A stretch of DNA of 4,409 bases from IMG/VR virus record IMGVR_UViG_2728369553_000001; one strand, 5' to 3'. Position numbers and translations under genes: made by a program. Position 1 is the stretch's first letter, and the number at the start of each line of letters is the position of its first letter. The DNA comes from a virus (lineage: Duplodnaviria > Heunggongvirae > Uroviricota > Caudoviricetes). The notes below the pieces were generated by a model that saw only the letters and a list, made by a program, of their open reading frames with translations, was not told where the DNA came from and did no database searches. Below, in pieces: positions 1 to 4,409 of the stretch.

Positions 1-1188
1 CCCCCATCAGCGTCATGATGGATCAGATGGGGATGAACGGGGAGTCGGCAGGTAATGCCCTGCGAAAAGTTATCCAGTCCGGATTAAGTGTTAAGAAAAT
101 CAGGGACGTCAATAAAGTCATGGCCCGCCAGAAACTCGGGATACAGCTCGATTTTACTGACGGCAAAGGAAGTTTTGGCGGTCTTGATAACATGTTCAGG
201 CAACTGGCAAAGTTGCGAAAACTGACCGACGTTAAGCGAACAGGCGTACTTAAGGCAATATTTGGTGATGATGCTGAAACCCTTCAGGTGGTCAATGCTC
301 TGATCGATAAAGGAAAGGATGGTTACGATCAGATCCAGCAGAAGATGAATAAACAGGCCAGCCNNNNNNNNNNNNNNNNNNNNNNNNNNNNNNNNNNNNN
401 NNNNNNNNNNNNNNNNNNNNNNNNNNNNNNNNNNNNNNNNNNNNNNNNNNNNNNNNNNNNNNNNNNNNNNNNNNNNNNNNNNNNNNNNNNNCACGAAGTT
501 TGCGGATGAAAATCCCCGGGTTATTCGCGGCGTCGTCGGGCTTGCTGCCGGTCTTGCGATTCTGAAGCTGGGATTGATGGGCGTGGGCAGTGCCATCAGT
601 ATTGTCAGCAGGATCATGTCGATGACGCCGATTGGCATGATTGCGACGGTGATAGCCCTGGCTGCGGGATTAATTATCACTAACTGGGATGTTGTCGGAC
701 CTTATTTTAAGAAACTCTGGGAAACCATTGGTCCTTATTTTGAGACTGGCTGGGAACTTCTTAAGAAGGTTTTTGCCTGGTCGCCGCTGGGGATGGTGAT
801 CAATAACTGGGGACCGGTTGTTAAGTGGTTTCAGGATATGTGGGACAAGCTGAAGCCAATTATTGAGTGGTTTACCGACAGTTCCGGTGACACGGTCGAT
901 GCCATTAACTCTGCGCAGTGGGGCGCGGGTGCTTATGATGCTTATGGGACGGGAATACCGGCGCGGGGATACACACCTTATCCGGCGGTGGATCCGGCTC
1001 AGGCAAACAACGCCTCCGATGCCACAGGCTCGAATCCCTTCATGATTAACAAAGCTTCTGCGCCAAAAGTCGATGGTGAGATCAAGGTCTCTTTTGTGAA
1101 TTCGCCTCCGGGTATGCGGGTTATGGAAACGCGATCCAGCGGTTTTGATGTCAGCCATGATGTTGGCTATACGCGCTTTGGCAGGTAA
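1..1188 (+). CDS. phage tail tape measure protein, C-terminal portion (5' end lies upstream of the window; interrupted by the N-run at 364-491)
   Basis: Frame 0 is open from the first base of the window (no stop before the ATG at 15), so the gene starts upstream. The pre-gap translation (..GESAGNALRKVIQSGL..LDFTDGKGSFGGLDNMFRQLAKL..) looks like the conserved central region of tape measure proteins. After the gap the open frame (TKFADENPRVIRGVVGLAAGLAILKLGLMGVGSAISIV.., ending YTRFGR, stop TAA 1186-1188) is hydrophobic with regularly spaced Trp/Phe, typical of tape measure C-terminal regions. It sits directly upstream of Mu-like baseplate genes. The post-gap frame is +1 relative to the pre-gap frame given 128 Ns, so continuity as a single gene is inferred, not shown. 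Confidence 0.8.
364..491. other. run of 128 N (assembly gap or masked sequence) inside the tape measure gene
   Basis: Directly visible: 128 consecutive n characters. Content unknown. Confidence 0.99.
697..762 (+). repeat. two tandem imperfect 33-bp direct repeats (11-codon units) within the tape measure gene
   Basis: 697-729 GGACCTTATTTTAAGAAACTCTGGGAAACCATT (GPYFKKLWETI) is followed immediately by 730-762 GGTCCTTATTTTGAGACTGGCTGGGAACTTCTT (GPYFETGWELL), roughly 23 of 33 nt identical by eye. Trp residues recur at about 11-residue spacing through this segment (NW..LW..GW..AW..NW). Confidence 0.5.
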
Positions 1189-1210
1189 TGAAAAATTAAT
1201 CTGTTAATGA

Positions 1211-1233
1211 GTCCCACTCCGGTGGGATTTTTT
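1211..1233 (+). terminator. candidate intrinsic terminator or attenuator hairpin (short GC stem, UCCG tetraloop, T-tract) between the tape measure and gpN-like genes
   Basis: CCCAC (1213-1217), loop TCCG (1218-1221), GTGGG (1222-1226) form a perfect 5-bp stem that can extend by T1212-A1227, followed by TTTTTT (1228-1233). The stem is short, so if functional it is probably only a partial terminator. Confidence 0.3.
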
Positions 1234-1248
1234 ATGTACGGAGTTTAT

Positions 1249-2571
1249 ATGACGTGGAAAGACAGACTTCAGGACGCGTCATTTCGCGGTGTGCCGTTTA
1301 AGGTTGAAGAAGAAAGTGCGGGAACCGGTCGTCGTGTGGAAACGCACGAATACCCGAACCGCGACAAACCCTATACCGAAGACCTGGGGAAAATCACTTT
1401 CCGCCCGTCCATCACAGCTTATGTGGTGGGAGATGACTGCTTTGACCAGCGCGATCGCCTGATTGACGCGCTGAATAAACCCGGTCCCGGCACGCTTGTC
1501 CATCCGACATACGGTGAGCTGAAAGTCTGTGTTGACGGGGAAGTTCGGGTCAGCACATCGAAGAATGAAGGGCGTATTGTCCGCTTTGACCTGAAGTTTG
1601 TCGAAGCGGGAGAACTCTCTTACCCCACATCAGGTACGGCGACGGCGCAGACGCTGATGTCATCCTGTTCTGCACTGGATGACTGCATCCGTGACAGTTT
1701 CAGAGGTTTCAGTATCGATGGCGTGGCGGATTTTGTGCAGAACGACGTCGTCGGTAATGCCAGCACAATGCTGGGGTATGTTTCTGATGCGATGAAAGTG
1801 GTGGATTCTGCCGTATCGGATGCCGCCAGGCTGTTGCAGGGGGATATCTCGGTANNNNNNNNNNNNNNNNNNNNNNNNNNNNNNNNNNNNNNNNNNNNNN
1901 NNNNNNNNNNNNNNNNNNNNNNNNNNNNNNNNNNNNNNNNNNNNNNNNNNNNNNNNNNNNNNNNNNNCGGTGTCAGCCTTGGCAGCGATCTGCAACCGCG
2001 CGGCGTCTGGAAAACGGACAGTAAAACCACCGCCACGGCGACACAGCAGCGTAACGTGGTTGCCAGCATCCTTCGTACGACCGCAATCAGCGAAGTGGCG
2101 TATGCCGTCACCCGATTGCCTGCGCCAACAACTTCCGCGGTGATGCAGAATGCCGCAGTGGGGCAGGCAACAACACCCGCGCAGAGCACTGGCTGGCCTT
2201 CCGTCACGCATCCGGCACTGAACAATGCACCGGCGGTGAAAAGCACGGTTGACCTGCCAACGTGGGAAGAACTGACTGACATTCGCGACACACTGAATAC
2301 GGCAATTGATAAGGAGTTGTCCCGTACAACCAGTGATGCGCTGTTTCTGGCGCTGCGCCGGGTGAAAGCAGATCTGAATGCGGATATCAACACGCGCCTT
2401 GAACAGTCTGCACGGATCATTCAGCGCACGCCGGATGAGGTTTTACCCGCGCTGGTGCTGGCGGCGACCTGGTTTGATAACGCGGCGCGTGACGGGGACA
2501 TTATCCGGCGTAATGCCATTACGCATCCCGGCTTTGTGCCGGTGATCCCTCTGAAGGTGCCAGTGCAATGA
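1249..2571 (+). CDS. DNA circularization protein, phage Mu gpN (gp43)-like
   Basis: Long ORF with N-terminus MTWKDRLQDASFRGVPFKVEEESAGTGRRVETHEYPNRDKPYTEDLGKITF.., which matches my recollection of the conserved N-terminal domain of Mu N-type proteins. It lies between a tape measure gene and a Mu P-like gene, as in Mu. Start chosen at ATG 1249 (GGAG at 1241-1244 upstream, and downstream of the hairpin); in-frame ATGs at 1207 and 1234 are alternatives. Stop TGA 2569-2571 overlaps the next start. The frame is preserved across the N-run at 1855-1967. Confidence 0.85.
   Translation: MTWKDRLQDASFRGVPFKVEEESAGTGRRVETHEYPNRDKPYTEDLGKITFRPSITAYVVGDDCFDQRDRLIDALNKPGPGTLVHPTYGELKVCVDGEVRVSTSKNEGRIVRFDLKFVEAGELSYPTSGTATAQTLMSSCSALDDCIRDSFRGFSIDGVADFVQNDVVGNASTMLGYVSDAMKVVDSAVSDAARLLQGDISVXXXXXXXXXXXXXXXXXXXXXXXXXXXXXXXXXXXXXXGVSLGSDLQPRGVWKTDSKTTATATQQRNVVASILRTTAISEVAYAVTRLPAPTTSAVMQNAAVGQATTPAQSTGWPSVTHPALNNAPAVKSTVDLPTWEELTDIRDTLNTAIDKELSRTTSDALFLALRRVKADLNADINTRLEQSARIIQRTPDEVLPALVLAATWFDNAARDGDIIRRNAITHPGFVPVIPLKVPVQ
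1855..1967. other. run of 113 N (assembly gap or masked sequence) inside the gpN-like gene
   Basis: Directly visible: 113 consecutive n characters. The flanking reading frame of the 1207/1249..2571 ORF is continuous across it as written. Confidence 0.99.
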
Positions 2572-3648
2572 ACGATAACGTCACGCTACGGGTAAATGGC
2601 CGGGAGTGGAATGGCTGGACATCGGTGCGCATCGGTGCCGGTGTTGAACGACTGGCGCGGGATTTCAGTGTGGAGATCACTCGCCAGTGGCCGGGAGATG
2701 AGGGTATCACCACGCTTCAGCCGCGCATTAAAAACGGTTCAAAAGTGGAAGTGCTGATTGGTGATGAGCTGGTGATCACCGGCTGGGTGGAGGCGACGCC
2801 CGTTCGTTACGATGCCCGTTCGGTCAGCACCGGTATTGCCGGACGTAGTCTGACCGCTGACCTGATTGACTGTGCAGCCGAACCGACACAGTTTAACGGA
2901 CGCTCGCTGGTGCAGATTGCGCAGGCGCTTGCTGCGCCTTTCGGCATTGAGGTGGTGAACAGCGGTGCGCCGTCGGGTGTTATTCCTGATGTTCAGCCTG
3001 ATCACGGTGAAACGGTGATTGAGGTAATCAACAAAATACTCGGTCAGCAGCAGGCGCTGGCTTACGACGACCCGCACGGCAGGCTGGTGATTGGCGGTAT
3101 TGGCTCAACGCGGGCACATACCGCGCTGGTACTTGGGGAAAACATCCTTTCCTGTGATACGGAGAAGAGTATCCGGGAGCGGTTTTCTGTTTACCAGGTG
3201 GCGGGGCAGCGTGCCGGAAACGACGATGATTTCGGTGAGGCCACCACCACCGCGCTGCGGGCCCGCACAGAGGACGCATTTATTGCCCGTTACCGTCCGA
3301 TGTATATCAGGCAGACAGGGCAGGCCACGGGGGCAGGTTGTATTGCGCGTGCTGACTTTGAAGCCCGACAACGGGCGGCGCGGACGGATGAAACCACCTA
3401 TGTGGTGCAGGGCTGGCGACAGGGTAACGGTACGCTGTGGCAGCCCAACCAGCGGGGTGATTGTCTTCGATCCGGTCTGTGGTTTCGACAATACCGAACT
3501 GCTTGTCTCGGAAGTCACGTTTACTCAGGACCAGAACGGCACCCTGACGGAAATCCGTGTCGGCCCACCTGATGCTTATCTGCCTGAACCCGAAGCCCCC
3601 GGCGCGCGGAAAAAGAAAAAAGCCAGAGTACAGGAGGACCCGTTCTGA
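2568..3648 (+). CDS. Mu gp44 (P)-like baseplate hub protein; reading frame broken by one extra base in a GGGG run at 3454-3457 (pseudogene or homopolymer sequencing error)
   Basis: ATG 2568 overlaps the upstream stop (ATGA), with an AAGGTG Shine-Dalgarno-like motif at 2554-2559. Frame 0 reads MNDNVTLRVNGREWNGWTSVRIGAGVERLARDF.. through ..YVVQGWRQGNGTLWQPNQR, then runs into a non-conserved-looking tail (GDCLRSGLWFRQYRT..) and stops at 3572. The +1 frame from 3457 reads VIVFDPVCGFDNTELLVSEVTFTQDQNGTLTEIRVGPP.. and ends with TGA 3646-3648, precisely overlapping the gp45-like start. Removing one G from 3454-3457 joins the two frames as ..QPNQRVIVFDP... Confidence 0.8.
3633..3638 (+). promoter_or_regulatory. 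Shine-Dalgarno sequence (AGGAGG) for the gp45-like gene
   Basis: AGGAGG lies 9 nt upstream of ATG 3648. Confidence 0.6.
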
Positions 3649-4196
3649 TGAGGACGATTGAAGCCATGCAGCGACAACTTCTCGGCCTGATTGGGCGGGC
3701 AGTGGTGAAAAGCATCAGTGCCGCCACGAAATGTCAGACCGTGGATGTGTCCCTGATTGCCGGTGAACCCAAAGCCGGGGTTGAACATCTTGAACCCTAC
3801 GGTTTTACCGCAAGGGCAAACAGCGGTGCGGAAGCGGTGGTGTTGTTTCCGGATGGCGACCGTTCTCATGCGGTGGTTGTTACGGTGTCGGACCGGCGCT
3901 ACCGCCTGAAAGGGCTGCAGACGGGTGAGGTGGCTGTCTATGACGATCAGGGGCAGTCTGTGACGCTGACCCGGGAGGGGATCGTGGTGGACGGTGCAGG
4001 TAAAACGATCACGTTTCGCAATGCGCCCAGAGCACGTTTTGAAATGGACCTGGAAGTGACCGGACAGGTGAAAGACCTGTGCGACTCCGGCGGTACCACC
4101 ATGTCAGCGATGCGGCTTGCCTATAACGGGCATCGTCACAGAGAGAACGGTCAGGGCAGTAACACCGACAAACCTGATAAAGCGATGGAGGCATGA
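3648..4196 (+). CDS. phage baseplate assembly protein V / Mu gp45-like central spike protein
   Basis: 182-aa ORF with a strong Shine-Dalgarno site. The translation (MRTIEAMQRQLLGLIGRAVVKSISAA..VDVSLIAGEPKAGVEHLEPYGFTARANSGAEAVVLFPDGDRSHAVVV..GIVVDGAGKTITF..CDSGGTTMSAMRLAYNGHRHRENG) resembles P2 gpV / Mu gp45 type spike proteins. It sits in the expected position after the hub gene. Stop TGA 4194-4196 overlaps the next gene's start. Confidence 0.85.
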   Translation: MRTIEAMQRQLLGLIGRAVVKSISAATKCQTVDVSLIAGEPKAGVEHLEPYGFTARANSGAEAVVLFPDGDRSHAVVVTVSDRRYRLKGLQTGEVAVYDDQGQSVTLTREGIVVDGAGKTITFRNAPRARFEMDLEVTGQVKDLCDSGGTTMSAMRLAYNGHRHRENGQGSNTDKPDKAMEA

Positions 4197-4409
4197 TGGA
4201 ACTGTGGCTGACGGTGAACGGTAAACGCACCTGCGCCAGCGCACCGCTGGATCCGCTGACCCGCGCCGTGGTGATTTCCCTGTTTACCTGGCGGCGGGCG
4301 GAGCCTGATGACAACGCCGATGTCCCGATGGGATGGTGGGGGGATACCTGGCCTGCGGTACAGAATGACCGTTACGGCTCCCGACTGTGGCTGCTTCAGC
4401 GCAGCAAAC
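4196..4409 (+). CDS. phage GP46 family baseplate protein (Mu gp46-like), 3' end outside the window
   Basis: Open frame from tandem ATGs at 4193 and 4196 to the window end with no stop: MMELWLTVNGKRTCASAPLDPLTRAVVISLFTWRRAEPDDNADVPMGWWGDTWPAVQNDRYGSRLWLLQRSK. This matches my recollection of the GP46 family N-terminal region (..ISLFT..RA..DD....GWWGD..). GGAGG at 4187-4191 is 4 nt upstream of ATG 4196, so 4196 is favoured over 4193. This ORF is absent from the supplied ORF track, presumably because it has no stop in the window. Confidence 0.75.
   Translation, partial: MELWLTVNGKRTCASAPLDPLTRAVVISLFTWRRAEPDDNADVPMGWWGDTWPAVQNDRYGSRLWLLQRSK

Noticed and set aside
15-509. ORF-track call of a complete 164-aa protein starting at ATG 15 and ending HEVCG at 509
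   Set aside because: The frame is open back to the first base of the window, so this is an internal fragment of a longer tape measure gene. The frame-0 end after the gap (HEVCG, stop at 507-509) is probably an artefact of the N-run length, since the +1 frame carries the tape-measure-like continuation.
84-680. 198-aa minus-strand ORF overlapping the tape measure gene and spanning the N-run
   Set aside because: Antisense to a well-supported coding region, kept open largely by the 128 Ns, and its translation has no recognisable features. It is a shadow ORF.
670-1158. 162-aa minus-strand ORF and the 60-aa plus-strand ORF (863..1045) inside the tape measure gene
   Set aside because: They sit entirely within the tape measure coding region in alternative frames or antisense. 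The translations are Arg/Pro-rich and of low complexity, typical of off-frame reads of GC-rich coding DNA.
1279-2420. Minus-strand ORFs (1279..1503, 1620..2420, 1660..2211) and plus-strand ORF 1820..2143 overlapping the gpN-like gene
   Set aside because: All overlap the strongly supported gpN-like ORF. Several are only kept open by the N-run at 1855-1967. No start context or recognisable protein features.
3450-3460. Programmed ribosomal frameshift at the GGGG run in the hub gene
   Set aside because: I know of no programmed frameshift in baseplate hub genes; the known tail-gene frameshift (the tail assembly chaperone) lies upstream of the tape measure gene. There is no canonical slippery heptamer or evident stimulatory structure, and a simple 1-nt homopolymer indel explains the data.
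3091-3648. 185-aa plus-strand ORF as an independent gene
   Set aside because: Its N-terminal two thirds are an off-frame read of the hub gene (Arg/Pro-rich, not conserved-looking). Only the part from about 3457 onward looks like real protein, and that is better explained as the frameshifted C-terminus of the hub gene.
2519-4314. Minus-strand ORFs 2519..2713, 2739..3077, 3028..3279, 3105..3518, 3521..3727, 3576..3869, 4009..4314
   Set aside because: Antisense to the hub, spike and GP46 genes, with no ribosome-binding sites and biased off-frame composition. These are shadow ORFs expected in about 60% GC coding sequence.
1-4409. Search for tRNA, CRISPR repeats, insertion-sequence inverted repeats, integrase or attachment-site features, toxin-antitoxin or defence cargo
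   Set aside because: No repeat-spacer periodicity, no tRNA-like cloverleaf candidates and no terminal inverted repeats noticed by eye. Apart from the 60-nt spacer at 1189-1248, the plus strand is essentially all structural-gene coding sequence, leaving no room for an inserted cargo gene outside the two unreadable N-runs.

Overview
This window is a contiguous, same-strand (+) segment of a Mu-like contractile-tail (myovirus) tail and baseplate module, most likely from a prophage or phage-tail-like element in an enterobacterial-type genome. In order it holds: the C-terminal part of a tail tape measure protein (start outside the window to 1188), a Mu gpN-like DNA circularization protein (1249..2571), a Mu gp44/P-like baseplate hub protein (2568..3648), a baseplate assembly protein V / Mu gp45-like spike (3648..4196), and the 5' end of a GP46-family baseplate protein (4196 to window end). 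The genes are tightly packed, with overlapping stop/start codons at three junctions, so they look like one late operon. I see no tRNA, rRNA, CRISPR array, insertion sequence or defence-type cargo, and no unexplained intergenic space (the largest gap is about 60 nt). The window does not show me a novel biological system. What deserves a second look is: (1) the baseplate hub gene is broken by a single extra base in a GGGG run near 3454-3457; (2) two N-runs (364-491, 1855-1967) lie inside coding sequence, and the first does not preserve the tape measure reading frame; (3) a small hairpin plus T-tract sits between the tape measure and gpN-like genes; (4) the tape measure gene has an AT-rich segment with tandem 33-bp repeats. 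All protein-family assignments come from reading the supplied translations and from memory of these families; no database search was run.
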